Source: an uncultured Lachnospiraceae bacterium (GTDB lineage Bacteria; Bacillota; Clostridia; Lachnospirales; Lachnospiraceae). From it: a stretch of DNA of 64,000 nucleotides. Within the stretch, counting starts at the first letter, position 1. Each line of letters begins with the position of its first letter. Below, in pieces: positions 1 to 9,839 of this stretch. Position numbers and translations under genes: made by a program. Location of the stretch: NCBI GenBank assembly GCA_934364805.1, contig CAKRMH010000004.1, positions 82,668-146,667 on the forward strand, read 5' to 3'. Below the pieces are notes generated by a model that did not search any database, had not been told where the DNA came from, and saw nothing but the letters and a program-made list of their open reading frames with translations.

Positions 1-1
1 G

Positions 2-1381
2 GATACTGTGAATAATTTGCAGTATTCTGCATTATCCGGTGGAGAAACTGCCCGGACCGTTGCAAACATGGTGGATATCAGTATGGATACCATTACAAAT
101 GGTCTGCAGAACCTGAATAAACAGGTGGAAACTCTTCAGAATGCGGATGATATCGCTAAAATTACAGAGCAGCTTGCAAGTACAGAGCAGCTTACGGATT
201 ATGTGTTAGGAATTTTGAAATCACAGCTTGGAGAGCAGAGCGATGAATATCTCGGTGGCCTGAACAGCTATCAGGCATTAAAAGACAGCATTGGCAGATT
301 GCAGCAGGATCAGAATACAACGCAGGAACAGCTTCAGGATCTGAAAAGCACGATCGCATCCCAGGTACAGACCTGCCTGGATGCGATGTCACAGCTTAAG
401 ATTACGTTTGACAATAATATTGTGCCAAAGCTGGATCAGAGTGTTGATGATGTGCAGAGTGCGTTGATCAAGACCAATGCATTGCTGACTGGAATTGACG
501 GAAGCTTTTCTGATGTGGAATCAGCATTACAGTCCTATCAGGATTCTCTAAATTCAGGAACCGACAGTATAACAGCAACAAAGAACTATATTGCGGATAT
601 CCGCCAGAAACTGGAGACAGTCACAGATGCACTCTCTGCTTTGAATGGAGATGAGCAGTATCAGGATATTCTTCAGATGTTCCAGAATGATCCGGAAATG
701 ATCGCCTCGTTTGTATCATCGCCGGTTTCGCTGGATACAGAAGCTGTGTATAAGATTAAAAATTATGGTTCAGCAATGGCACCATTTTATACTGTTTTAG
801 CGCTCTGGGTAGGGGGACTTATCCTGGTTGCACTCGTTCATGTGAAAGTGGAACGAGAAGATGATCTGATAGATGTTAAACCATATCAGGCTTATTTTGG
901 AAGATATATTGTATTTTTCCTGGTTTCACAGGTACAGGCGGCAATTACGGTGCTTGGTAATCTGTTTTTTGTACAGATCCAGTGTGTACATCCGTTTTTA
1001 TTCTGGCTGGCAGCTGCATGCAGCAGTTTTGTCTTTTCTCTGTTTATGTATTCTCTTACGGTTGCATTTGGTAATGTGGGGGAAGCGATTGCGGTTGTTG
1101 TTATGGTAATCCAGGTTGCCGGTGCAGGAGGAACATTCCCGATCGAGGTACTTCCGGAGGTGTACCAGGCAATCTATAAATTCCTTCCATTTACGTATTG
1201 TCTGAATGCGATGAGAGCCTGCGTTGGTGGTATGTACCAGATGGAATATATCAAGGACATTGCAATACTGGGTGTGTACGTGCTGGTCTCACTGTTCATC
1301 GGACTTATAGCTGCAATTCCGTTCCGTGGAATGAATCAAAAGATTGAGGAGAGCAAAGAACGTTCGAAAGTATTGTTATAG
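2..1381 (+). CDS. YhgE/Pip domain-containing membrane protein, 5' partial (the frame is open to the window edge)
   Basis: N-terminal coiled-coil-like region with repeated Q/L/D-rich segments, followed by a C-terminal block of 5-6 hydrophobic TM helices typical of YhgE/Pip (ABC-2-like) proteins. The frame is open upstream of position 8, so the gene is truncated at the window start. Confidence 0.5.
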   Translation, partial: DTVNNLQYSALSGGETARTVANMVDISMDTITNGLQNLNKQVETLQNADDIAKITEQLASTEQLTDYVLGILKSQLGEQSDEYLGGLNSYQALKDSIGRLQQDQNTTQEQLQDLKSTIASQVQTCLDAMSQLKITFDNNIVPKLDQSVDDVQSALIKTNALLTGIDGSFSDVESALQSYQDSLNSGTDSITATKNYIADIRQKLETVTDALSALNGDEQYQDILQMFQNDPEMIASFVSSPVSLDTEAVYKIKNYGSAMAPFYTVLALWVGGLILVALVHVKVEREDDLIDVKPYQAYFGRYIVFFLVSQVQAAITVLGNLFFVQIQCVHPFLFWLAAACSSFVFSLFMYSLTVAFGNVGEAIAVVVMVIQVAGAGGTFPIEVLPEVYQAIYKFLPFTYCLNAMRACVGGMYQMEYIKDIAILGVYVLVSLFIGLIAAIPFRGMNQKIEESKERSKVLL

Positions 1382-1542
1382 TTATGGAATATATAATTTA
1401 TTTCAATAGAAAAAATAGATATTCAATCTAGACAAATGAAACTGATTGTACTAGAATTATCTCAATTAATAATAAACCCAGCGAATGATAATAATAAGTT
1501 ATGGAAAGAAACTGGATTTGGAAAGAAACGGAGGATTTTAGG

Positions 1543-2568
1543 ATGGAAAAGAAAAACCTTGATTGGGCAAATCTTGGATTTGGCTATATGGTTACTGATT
1601 ACCGTTACGTATCAAATTATAAAGATGGAAAGTGGGACGATGGAGCGCTTATTACAGATCCAAACGTCACATTGAATGAGTGTGCTGGTGTGTTCCAGTA
1701 TTCCCAGTCCTGTTTCGAAGGATTAAAGGCATATACAACAGAGGATGGACATATTGTATGTTTCCGTCCGGATATGAATGCAAAACGTATGATGGATTCT
1801 GCAGAGAGACTTGAGATGCCAGTATTCCCGGAAGAACGTTTTGTTGATGCAGTAGAGCAGGTTGTAAAAGCAAACGCAGCATGGGTTCCACCATTTGGAT
1901 CAGGAGCGTCTCTTTATATCCGCCCATATATGATCGGAACCAACTCTGTTATCGGCGTAAAACCGGCAGATGAGTATCAGTTCCGTATTCTGGTTACTCC
2001 GGTTGGACCGTACTTTAAAGGCGGTGCAAAACCGATTACAATCAAAGTATCTGATTTTGACCGTGCCGCACCACATGGTACTGGACACATCAAAGCCGGA
2101 TTAAACTATGCAATGAGTTTACATGCCATTGTGACAGCACATAAAGAAGGATTTGACGAGAATCTGTATCTGGATCCTGCAACAAGAACAAAAGTAGAGG
2201 AGACAGGTGGAGCAAACTTTATCTTTATTACCAAAGATGGAACATTGGTTACTCCGAAGTCTGACAGTATTCTCCCTTCTATTACAAGACGTTCTATCAT
2301 GGTAGTTGCTGAGAAATACCTTGGTATGAAGGTTGAGCACAGAGAAGTATACTTTGATGAATTAAAAGACTTTGCGGAATGTGGTCTTTGTGGTACTGCC
2401 GCAGTGATCTCTCCGGTTGGAAAGATTGTTGACCATGGCAAGGAGATCTGCTTCCCATCCGGAATGGAAGAAATGGGACCACAGATCAAGAAGATTTATG
2501 ATAAACTGACAGCAATCCAGAAGGCTGAGATCGAAGGACCAGAAGGCTGGGTTAAAGTTATTATGTAA
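1543..2568 (+). CDS. ilvE: branched-chain amino acid aminotransferase (class IV PLP enzyme)
   Basis: Translation contains the canonical BCAT N-terminus (MEKKNLDWANLGFGYM...) and the CFEGLKAY motif. GGAGG lies 9 nt upstream of the ATG at 1543. The track ORF starts 14 codons earlier without an RBS. Confidence 0.85.
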   Translation: MEKKNLDWANLGFGYMVTDYRYVSNYKDGKWDDGALITDPNVTLNECAGVFQYSQSCFEGLKAYTTEDGHIVCFRPDMNAKRMMDSAERLEMPVFPEERFVDAVEQVVKANAAWVPPFGSGASLYIRPYMIGTNSVIGVKPADEYQFRILVTPVGPYFKGGAKPITIKVSDFDRAAPHGTGHIKAGLNYAMSLHAIVTAHKEGFDENLYLDPATRTKVEETGGANFIFITKDGTLVTPKSDSILPSITRRSIMVVAEKYLGMKVEHREVYFDELKDFAECGLCGTAAVISPVGKIVDHGKEICFPSGMEEMGPQIKKIYDKLTAIQKAEIEGPEGWVKVIM

Positions 2569-2596
2569 TCTTACAAAGAAATATATGAAAGAATAG

Positions 2597-2626
2597 AAAG
2601 TCCGCTCCGTGTGAGCGGACTTTTTG
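2597..2626 (+). terminator. rho-independent terminator after ilvE
   Basis: GTCCGCTC / GAGCGGAC stem with a 5-nt loop, followed by TTTTT. Confidence 0.7.
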
Positions 2627-2693
2627 TGGATAAAATTACTTCTGTGTGATATGATATAGACAGTTATATCACAGAGAGGCGAAACAGACATAC

Positions 2694-3365
2694 ATGAATT
2701 TATTTGATATTGTAGGTCCGGTTATGGTAGGACCATCCAGCTCCCATACAGCAGGAGCCGTTAAAATTGGAAATATCTCAAGAAAACTGCTTGGAGAGGA
2801 GATACAGAATGCAGTTATCTGGTTTCACGGTTCATTTCTGGCAACCGGAAAGGGACATGGAACAGATAAGGCATTGCTTGCGGGATTGCTCGGCTTTGCA
2901 GTGGATGATCCACAGATCCCGAAGAGCTTTGAAATTGCACAAGAGAGGGGAATCCTTTTCCAGTTTGAGGGAATAGATCTTGGCGATGTCCATCCGAACT
3001 CCGTCAAATTGAATCTGACAGGAAAGAGTGGGAAGACACTGGAGATTACGGCAGCTTCCATTGGAGGCGGAAGAGTAGAGATCTGTCAGATTGACGGATT
3101 GGATGCACATTTCTGCGGTGATTATCCAACCCTGATCGTGCATAACTTAGATCAGCCTGGGCATGTTACGGAGGTGACGTCCATGCTTGCGCATAAATCC
3201 ATCAATATTGCGACGATGCAGTTATATCGCGCAAGCAGAGGTGGAAATGCGGTAATGGTCATTGAGTGTGATCAGGAAGTGCCGGGAGAGGCAATTCAAT
3301 GGCTGGAGCATTTGGAAGGGATTCGGAAAGTAACTTATTTTAGTCTGGAGGAAACAGATGTATAA
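2694..3365 (+). CDS. sdaAB: L-serine dehydratase, iron-sulfur-dependent, beta subunit
   Basis: MNLFDIVGPVMVGPSSSHTAGA signature and a C-terminal ACT-like region. Overlaps the downstream alpha subunit by 8 nt. Confidence 0.85.
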   Translation: MNLFDIVGPVMVGPSSSHTAGAVKIGNISRKLLGEEIQNAVIWFHGSFLATGKGHGTDKALLAGLLGFAVDDPQIPKSFEIAQERGILFQFEGIDLGDVHPNSVKLNLTGKSGKTLEITAASIGGGRVEICQIDGLDAHFCGDYPTLIVHNLDQPGHVTEVTSMLAHKSINIATMQLYRASRGGNAVMVIECDQEVPGEAIQWLEHLEGIRKVTYFSLEETDV

Positions 3366-4227
3366 ATCACTGGCAGAAATTATCGATTGTGTAACAAAGA
3401 AGAATATTGCTTTCTGGAAATGCGTGCAGAAAGAGGACTGTATAGAACTCGGTATTTCTGAAGAAGAGGCATTTTCAAGAATGCAGGGAATGTATGAAGC
3501 AATGAGAAGTGCGGATGAGGGATATGAGGATACGCTTTACTCGCAAAGTGGTCTGGTTGGAACGGATGGAAAGAAAGTGCATGACGCAAGAATCAAAGGA
3601 CAGCTTCTCTGTGGCGATTTTATTGGAAAAGTAATGGAACGTGCAATCAAAATGGGCGAATCCAATGCCTGCATGAAGCGGATTGTTGCAGCTCCGACTG
3701 CAGGCTCCTGCGGAGTAATTCCAGCTGTTTTTCTGACAATCCAGGAAGAAAAAGGATATACCGATGAACAGATGACAGAGGCGCTTTATGTGGCTGCCGG
3801 CATCGGAGGTGTGATTGCAAACCGCGCATTTTTAGCCGGAGCAGCAGGTGGATGTCAGGCGGAGATCGGTTCGGCATCATCTATGGCGGCTGGAGCAGTT
3901 GCATACCTTATGGGCGGAGATGCAAAAGTTATTGCGAATGCAGCAGCGCTCGCCATGAAGAATCTGCTTGGACTTGCCTGTGATCCGGTGGCAGGACTTG
4001 TAGAAGTCCCGTGTGTGAAGCGCAATGTTATGGGTGCCGTCAACGCAATGACATCGGCGGATCTTGCACTTGCCGGGGTGATGAGCAGGATTCCTCCGGA
4101 TGAAGTTTTTGATGCAATGCGTGCAATCGGCAGAGCAATGCCCGAAAACATCCGGGAAACCGGACTTGGAGGACTTGCGGGAACGCCAACGGGAGTGGAA
4201 CTCAGGGAAAAACTCACCGGAATGTAA
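3358..4227 (+). CDS. sdaAA: L-serine dehydratase, iron-sulfur-dependent, alpha subunit
   Basis: GSCGVIPAV Fe-S cysteine cluster region and Gly/Ala-rich segments typical of SdaAA. Confidence 0.85.
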   Translation: MYKSLAEIIDCVTKKNIAFWKCVQKEDCIELGISEEEAFSRMQGMYEAMRSADEGYEDTLYSQSGLVGTDGKKVHDARIKGQLLCGDFIGKVMERAIKMGESNACMKRIVAAPTAGSCGVIPAVFLTIQEEKGYTDEQMTEALYVAAGIGGVIANRAFLAGAAGGCQAEIGSASSMAAGAVAYLMGGDAKVIANAAALAMKNLLGLACDPVAGLVEVPCVKRNVMGAVNAMTSADLALAGVMSRIPPDEVFDAMRAIGRAMPENIRETGLGGLAGTPTGVELREKLTGM

Positions 4228-4245
4228 AGAGAATGGGAAGTCGTT

Positions 4246-4929
4246 ATGCAGAGAAAACGTAGAAGTGATCACAGCATATGGATCGTTGGAAGCCTGATTC
4301 TTGCGGTTATTTTATTGATTATTATAATCGTTGCATTTGTAAGACATATACAGGCAAGAAAAACGGGAAGCATGCATTCGGAGGAACAGATCCTCGACGA
4401 AAAGTATATAGAGGAATGGCCGGACATAGATGTTCAGCTTCTGGATGTGAATGAATATTCAAGACCACAGATTGCACTCGATCAGGTTCATGGAATTGTG
4501 ATCCATTATACTGCGAATCCCGGAAGTACAGCACAGCAGAACCGTGATTATTTTAACGGGCTGGCACAGTCTGGGGAGACATACGCCAGCAGCCATTTTG
4601 TAATCGGTCTGGAAGGTGAGATTATCCAGTGTATTCCGTGTGATGAAATGGCATACGCATCGAATGACCGCAATGAGGATACGATAGCGATTGAATGCTG
4701 CATTCCGGATGAAACAGGAAAGTTTAATGGAGAGACCTATGATTCACTGGTTGAACTTACCGCATGGCTGATCGGCCGATATCATCTTGGGATTGATGAT
4801 GTGATCCGTCACTATGATGTGACGGGTAAAATATGTCCGAAATATTTTGTAGATCATGAAGATGCCTGGGAACGCTTTCAAACAGATGTCGTTGCTTATA
4901 TCGACGAAAATGGAGTGGAACGTAAATAG
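4246..4929 (+). CDS. N-acetylmuramoyl-L-alanine amidase (Amidase_2/PGRP fold) with N-terminal TM anchor
   Basis: N-terminal hydrophobic helix (LILAVILLIIIIVAFV) followed by Amidase_2-like motifs (HYTANPG..., SHFVIGLEGEIIQ, TIAIECC). Confidence 0.7.
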   Translation: MQRKRRSDHSIWIVGSLILAVILLIIIIVAFVRHIQARKTGSMHSEEQILDEKYIEEWPDIDVQLLDVNEYSRPQIALDQVHGIVIHYTANPGSTAQQNRDYFNGLAQSGETYASSHFVIGLEGEIIQCIPCDEMAYASNDRNEDTIAIECCIPDETGKFNGETYDSLVELTAWLIGRYHLGIDDVIRHYDVTGKICPKYFVDHEDAWERFQTDVVAYIDENGVERK

Positions 4930-4944
4930 ATAAGGAGAACCCTT

Positions 4945-6420
4945 GTGGAGACAATAATCAATGAGTTAAAAAATGCACAGAATGTGAGAAGTAATCTGAG
5001 TAAACTGCGTCAGCTGGTACGGGATTCAAAGGAGAAGGAACTGAGTCTGGAAGAACTGGATCATAACAACTGGATGCTTCCTTTTCTTAAGTCAGAGGAT
5101 GCAAAGACAAGAAAAAATGCAGCGCTTCTTCTTGGAGAACTGGAGTGCGAAAATGCCAAAACAGCTCTCTGGGAAGCATATCAGACAGAACAGACGCTTT
5201 TTGTGAAGAGTGCGTACCTGAATGCATTATCCCATCTGGATGTAGAGGAACTGGTGCCGGAACTGAAAGAAGAGCTTTCTGTTCTTATGACAGGAGAGGT
5301 ACTTCCGGAGAATCAAAAGCACGTGAATGAACAGGTGCGAGAACTGAGAAAGATTCTGATTCAGTATGAAGGAATCACACATCACACATTTTCTGCCAGA
5401 AATCAGACCTGTGAAGTGCTTTTACTTTGTAACCGGGAGCAGAAGGGTGCCGTGATCCATACGATCACGGATGGAAGAGCAAAGCTGCATCCACTTGGCA
5501 TACTGGTTGAAACAAGCCAGCTGTCAGCAGTTATGCAGAACAGACTGTATCGGGAACTGGTGTTCCCAATCCATGCAGGCGGGCTTCTTCCGGCGGATGC
5601 AAAGAGTGCGGCACAGAAACTCTGGAATTCCGATATGTATGAGCTGTTAGAAAGACTGCATAAGGAATCTGGTGATTTTTATTTCCGCATCGAATGTAAA
5701 AGTCCGATGACACTCGAGGAAAGAAGTGCCTTTTCCAAAAAACTCTCATCAGAACTGGAACGATTGTCTGCAGGAAAACTGATCAATTCAACCTCTGATT
5801 ATGAGATTGAGCTTCGGCTGATCGCCACCAAAGATGGCTGTTTTTATCCATGCATGAAGCTTTATACGATGAAGGATAAAAGATTTGCTTACCGGAAAAA
5901 TGCGATTGCAGCTTCAATCCATCCTTCGACAGCAGCATTGATTGCAGAACTTGCCAGACCGTATTTGAAAGAGAATGCCCAGATTATGGACCCGTTTTGT
6001 GGCGTTGGAACGATGTTGATCGAAAGGGATCTCTGTGTTCCCGCAAGAGAAATCTATGCGACTGATATTTTTGGAGAGGCCATCGAAAAAGGACGGGAAA
6101 ATGCAAAGCTTGCAGGAGAGAAGATCAACTTTATCCACAGAGATTTCTTTGATTTTAAGCATGAGTATCCGTTTGATGAAATTATTACCAATATGCCGCT
6201 CAGAGGGAAAAAGACGAAAGAAGAAACCGATCAGTTCTATGCGGATTTCTTTACAAAACTGCCCGAAATTCTTGCGAAAGATGCGGTTATTATCCTGTAT
6301 ACGAACGAGATTGGATTTGTGAAAAAACAACTGCGGATTCATAGGAATTTCTGTCTGTTGCAGGAGTTCTGTATGCAGAAGAAAAATGAGTTTTATCTGA
6401 TGATTATTGGAACGAAATAA
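4945..6420 (+). CDS. HEAT-repeat + THUMP-like class I SAM-dependent methyltransferase family protein
   Basis: GTG start 6 nt after AAGGAGAA. N-terminus has HEAT-like repeats (AALLLGEL, VKSAYLNAL). C-terminal half has Rossmann SAM motif I (DPFCGVGTM) and an acidic D at IHRDFFDF. Motif IV reads TNMPL instead of N/DPPY. Confidence 0.6.
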   Translation: METIINELKNAQNVRSNLSKLRQLVRDSKEKELSLEELDHNNWMLPFLKSEDAKTRKNAALLLGELECENAKTALWEAYQTEQTLFVKSAYLNALSHLDVEELVPELKEELSVLMTGEVLPENQKHVNEQVRELRKILIQYEGITHHTFSARNQTCEVLLLCNREQKGAVIHTITDGRAKLHPLGILVETSQLSAVMQNRLYRELVFPIHAGGLLPADAKSAAQKLWNSDMYELLERLHKESGDFYFRIECKSPMTLEERSAFSKKLSSELERLSAGKLINSTSDYEIELRLIATKDGCFYPCMKLYTMKDKRFAYRKNAIAASIHPSTAALIAELARPYLKENAQIMDPFCGVGTMLIERDLCVPAREIYATDIFGEAIEKGRENAKLAGEKINFIHRDFFDFKHEYPFDEIITNMPLRGKKTKEETDQFYADFFTKLPEILAKDAVIILYTNEIGFVKKQLRIHRNFCLLQEFCMQKKNEFYLMIIGTK

Positions 6421-6434
6421 GGGGAAGCAGAAGG

Positions 6435-9089
6435 ATGATGTCAGGAGCAAAGGATAAGTTCGAGCATGTGGGAAACGAGCTGATTGATGTGAAACTTGTG
6501 CAAAGATTGCAGAAACAGTTTTGCAAAGCAAATAATATATATCTTGGCTGTATGTCACGTGATCTGGGTTATGTCACGGAACCATATGGAAGTGAAAATG
6601 AGATTGCATTTTTAGAATGCATGCTGGACATTGTGGCGTGCAAAGACACCATCCGGAATCTTATGACGGACGGTATTGAGAATGTAATTGAACTGGAACA
6701 GAAAGTTCCGTTTTTAAAGACATATGGAGTTGCAGTAAAGATAGATGGCATTACACAGATCGTCTGGATGGCAACCGCAGTTCTGGAGGAAAAAATTACG
6801 GAAGACAGTATTGTTCCGGAAAGTATGATGAAGACAACAGAGGAACGGTTTTTAAAATCGCTGGAATTTTTAGAAGTACTTTCAAAGCAGCTTTTTGCGA
6901 TTCGGATGGACGAACTGATCGCACAGGATGCAATACAAAAGAGCGCAGCGTCTGAAAAACAGATCAAGACGGAGCTGGACCGCTCGGAAACAATGACAGC
7001 AATTGTAAAAATGCTGGAATCCGAGAACGGATTTGTAAAGATCGTGGATGATATTCTTGAGATCGTCTGCAATTATATGGAGATTGAGGCGGGAGGTCTG
7101 TTACAGCTGCAGCCGAACAGCAGTTTGGTGGATATGATCTGTGAATACCGAAAGGATACAGGAGAAAGCTGGATGTCTCGGTGCCAGAATATTCCCAAAG
7201 AGCAAATCCCGTTTTTCAATGATAAGCCATATCTGATTTCGGCAAATACACCGCTTCCGGAACAGTTTCGTTCTTTCTTTGGAAAATTTGGAATCAGTGC
7301 GGCCATCTTTCTGCCGGTTGAATTAAAACAGAAGGTGACGATGTATCTGTGTTTCTGGGAAACACACAGGGAACGTATCTGGGATTTGAAGGATATCAAA
7401 TTCCTGAATGATGTAAAACGTATTATTCAAAGCATTTTATCCAAACGGATTGCCAAGAATTCACTTGCAAGTTCTTACGCATCTTTAGAGGCAATTCTTG
7501 AGAATGTCGGATGCGGTATTTATGTGATGGATCAGGACCAGAAAGCGATTCTTTACAGAAACCAGAAATTCAGTCAATTATTCGGAAACAGCATGAAAGC
7601 AGGAAAGCTGGATCAGATCATCTACAGCAGAAAGGATCAGGGAAGAGATCATTTCTTTGAAGAACTGTATTCGCCGGAGGAAGATAAATGGTTCGATATG
7701 TATAAGACACATATTGAATGGGTGGATGGACGCAAGGTTTCTTTGTGTACGGTGTATGATGTTACCGATAAGAAACTGTATCAGCAGAAGATCGAAAAAC
7801 AGGCAAACAATGATTTCCTGACCGGCTTATATAACCGGATGCGTTGTGAACATGATTTGGGGCAATATATCAAGCAGGCAAAGGATGCTGGTGGCGAGGG
7901 AGCTCTGTTATATATTGATCTGGACGATTTTAAACACATCAATGATGGACTTGGACATCAGTATGGTGATATTCTGTTAAAAGCAATTTCGAAAAGTCTT
8001 CAGAAAATCCATGGCGTGGAAGGAACCTGTTATCGTATGGGTGGAGATGAGTTTATTATTATTATCACCAATACACATTATCAGATGCTGGATGAAATCT
8101 GCAGTAACATCAGTCAGATTTTTACAAAGCCATGGTATCTCAAGGGCGGGGATTACTACTGTACGATGAGTATGGGAATCGTGAAGTTCCCTACAGATGG
8201 TGCAACCGTAGAAGAAGTAATCCAGAAAGCGGATACGGCGCTCTTTGAGGCAAAGCGCAATGGAAAGAACCGCGTCAGCTACTATGATGAACAAACAGAA
8301 GCGTCTTCCTATCGCAGGCTTGATCTGGAAAAAAACATGCGGAATGCAACCATGAATGCGTGCCGTGAGTTTGAAGTTTTTTATCAGCCGATCGTAGATC
8401 TAAGCAGTGAAAATAATTCATGCTGTGGAGCGGAGGCACTTGTACGATGGAATTCGGAACAGATGGGATTTATTGCACCAACTGATTTTATTCCGCTTGC
8501 AGAATATTTAGGACTTATTAATCCGATTGGAGAATATGTCCTTGAACAGGCAGCAAAGAAATGCAAATACTGGAATGATATGGGACATCCAGAGTATAAG
8601 ATCAATGTAAATCTGTCTGTTGTACAGCTGTTGCAGAACGATATTGTGGATAAGATCCGAAGCGTACTGGAAAGTACTGGAATCAATCCAAGGAATCTGA
8701 CACTTGAAGTGACAGAAAGCCTTGCAATCAATGACATGGATCGCATGAAATGGATTTTAAGTCAGATCAGGGAGCTTGGAGTACGGGTGGCACTTGACGA
8801 TTTTGGAACCGGATATTCATCATTGAATCATATACGTGAGATGCCGATTGATGTAATTAAGATAGACCGTTGCTTTATAGAACACATTGCGGAAGATGAT
8901 TTTTCGGATGCATTTGTGAAAATGGTTGCGGAACTTGCATCGACAATCGGCGTGGCAATCTGTGTCGAGGGTGTAGAAGACACCGGACAGCTTGAGATGA
9001 TCAGGCGGATGAAGATTTCTCTTGGACAGGGATATCTTTTTGGAAAGCCAATGCCGATTGAAGAATTTGAAAAGAACTATGTGATGTAG
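6435..9089 (+). CDS. bifunctional diguanylate cyclase/phosphodiesterase (sensor-PAS-GGDEF-EAL)
   Basis: Intact GGDEF (YRMGGDEFII) and EAL (EALVRW, DDFGTGYSSL, KIDRCFI) motifs. A PAS-like region (VGCGIYVMDQDQKAILYRNQKF) precedes GGDEF. Confidence 0.85.
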   Translation: MMSGAKDKFEHVGNELIDVKLVQRLQKQFCKANNIYLGCMSRDLGYVTEPYGSENEIAFLECMLDIVACKDTIRNLMTDGIENVIELEQKVPFLKTYGVAVKIDGITQIVWMATAVLEEKITEDSIVPESMMKTTEERFLKSLEFLEVLSKQLFAIRMDELIAQDAIQKSAASEKQIKTELDRSETMTAIVKMLESENGFVKIVDDILEIVCNYMEIEAGGLLQLQPNSSLVDMICEYRKDTGESWMSRCQNIPKEQIPFFNDKPYLISANTPLPEQFRSFFGKFGISAAIFLPVELKQKVTMYLCFWETHRERIWDLKDIKFLNDVKRIIQSILSKRIAKNSLASSYASLEAILENVGCGIYVMDQDQKAILYRNQKFSQLFGNSMKAGKLDQIIYSRKDQGRDHFFEELYSPEEDKWFDMYKTHIEWVDGRKVSLCTVYDVTDKKLYQQKIEKQANNDFLTGLYNRMRCEHDLGQYIKQAKDAGGEGALLYIDLDDFKHINDGLGHQYGDILLKAISKSLQKIHGVEGTCYRMGGDEFIIIITNTHYQMLDEICSNISQIFTKPWYLKGGDYYCTMSMGIVKFPTDGATVEEVIQKADTALFEAKRNGKNRVSYYDEQTEASSYRRLDLEKNMRNATMNACREFEVFYQPIVDLSSENNSCCGAEALVRWNSEQMGFIAPTDFIPLAEYLGLINPIGEYVLEQAAKKCKYWNDMGHPEYKINVNLSVVQLLQNDIVDKIRSVLESTGINPRNLTLEVTESLAINDMDRMKWILSQIRELGVRVALDDFGTGYSSLNHIREMPIDVIKIDRCFIEHIAEDDFSDAFVKMVAELASTIGVAICVEGVEDTGQLEMIRRMKISLGQGYLFGKPMPIEEFEKNYVM

Positions 9090-9096
9090 CAGTAAC

Positions 9097-9645
9097 CTAT
9101 GACTGCTTAAGTAGAAAACGGATATTGCCAATACGGAGAATGGCGCCCTGTGAAGCGGCGCTGGTCTCGACTGCATTGGCGATATTCGTTTTTTCAGTAC
9201 TCAGACTTTTGACAAGATAATATTCCTTTTTGGATGCCAGAGGCGCTTCATGCATATAACGGATAACATCCGGAGTGGATAAAGAGCCGGAATAATCTTC
9301 GCCGAGAATGGCACAAACATCGGACGGCTGCAGGATTCCTGGAAGAATTGAATCGATGGCGCGGTCATAATCAGCGTCGGAAACATCAATCCGAAAACGG
9401 ATGTAACAGCTTCGGTCTGCCGGCATTTCAGCGGAAAAATCAGTGATATGTACATAGCCCCATTTTTTTGTGACAGCTTCTTCGATCTTTGGAAGAAGCT
9501 CTGCTTTCCTGGAATTCAGCACAGTAACGAACATGTTAAATTTCTGATCGTTCGGAAGCCGGGTAATCATGCCGATCCCTGGAATTTTTGGAAGTTTTAC
9601 CTGATCGATATTGATCTCATTTACATCTACAACAAGACGAAACAT
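9097..9645 (-). CDS. hypothetical protein (no family recognised)
   Basis: 182-aa ORF convergent with the GGDEF/EAL gene. No recognisable motif. Confidence 0.4.
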   Translation of the reverse strand: MFRLVVDVNEINIDQVKLPKIPGIGMITRLPNDQKFNMFVTVLNSRKAELLPKIEEAVTKKWGYVHITDFSAEMPADRSCYIRFRIDVSDADYDRAIDSILPGILQPSDVCAILGEDYSGSLSTPDVIRYMHEAPLASKKEYYLVKSLSTEKTNIANAVETSAASQGAILRIGNIRFLLKQS

Positions 9646-9839
9646 AAAAAGTTCTCCTTTACCTCATTCTCATTTGTGTAATAAAAAGTATAACACAGAA
9701 CTGTTCGATACATCAAATCATGGTAGAAAAAGATGGAATTTGAGGGGTACTTACCGCTAAAAATATGGGTATAAAATTTGCGACTGAGATGATACCATAG
9801 ACCTAAATACAAATTTCAAATGGGGTAAGGAGAGTAAAA

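Noticed and set aside
1382-1542. Possible T-box leader upstream of ilvE
   Set aside because: The leader is only ~160 nt. There is no T-box consensus (AATTAGGGTGGNACCGCG) and no antiterminator/terminator pair.
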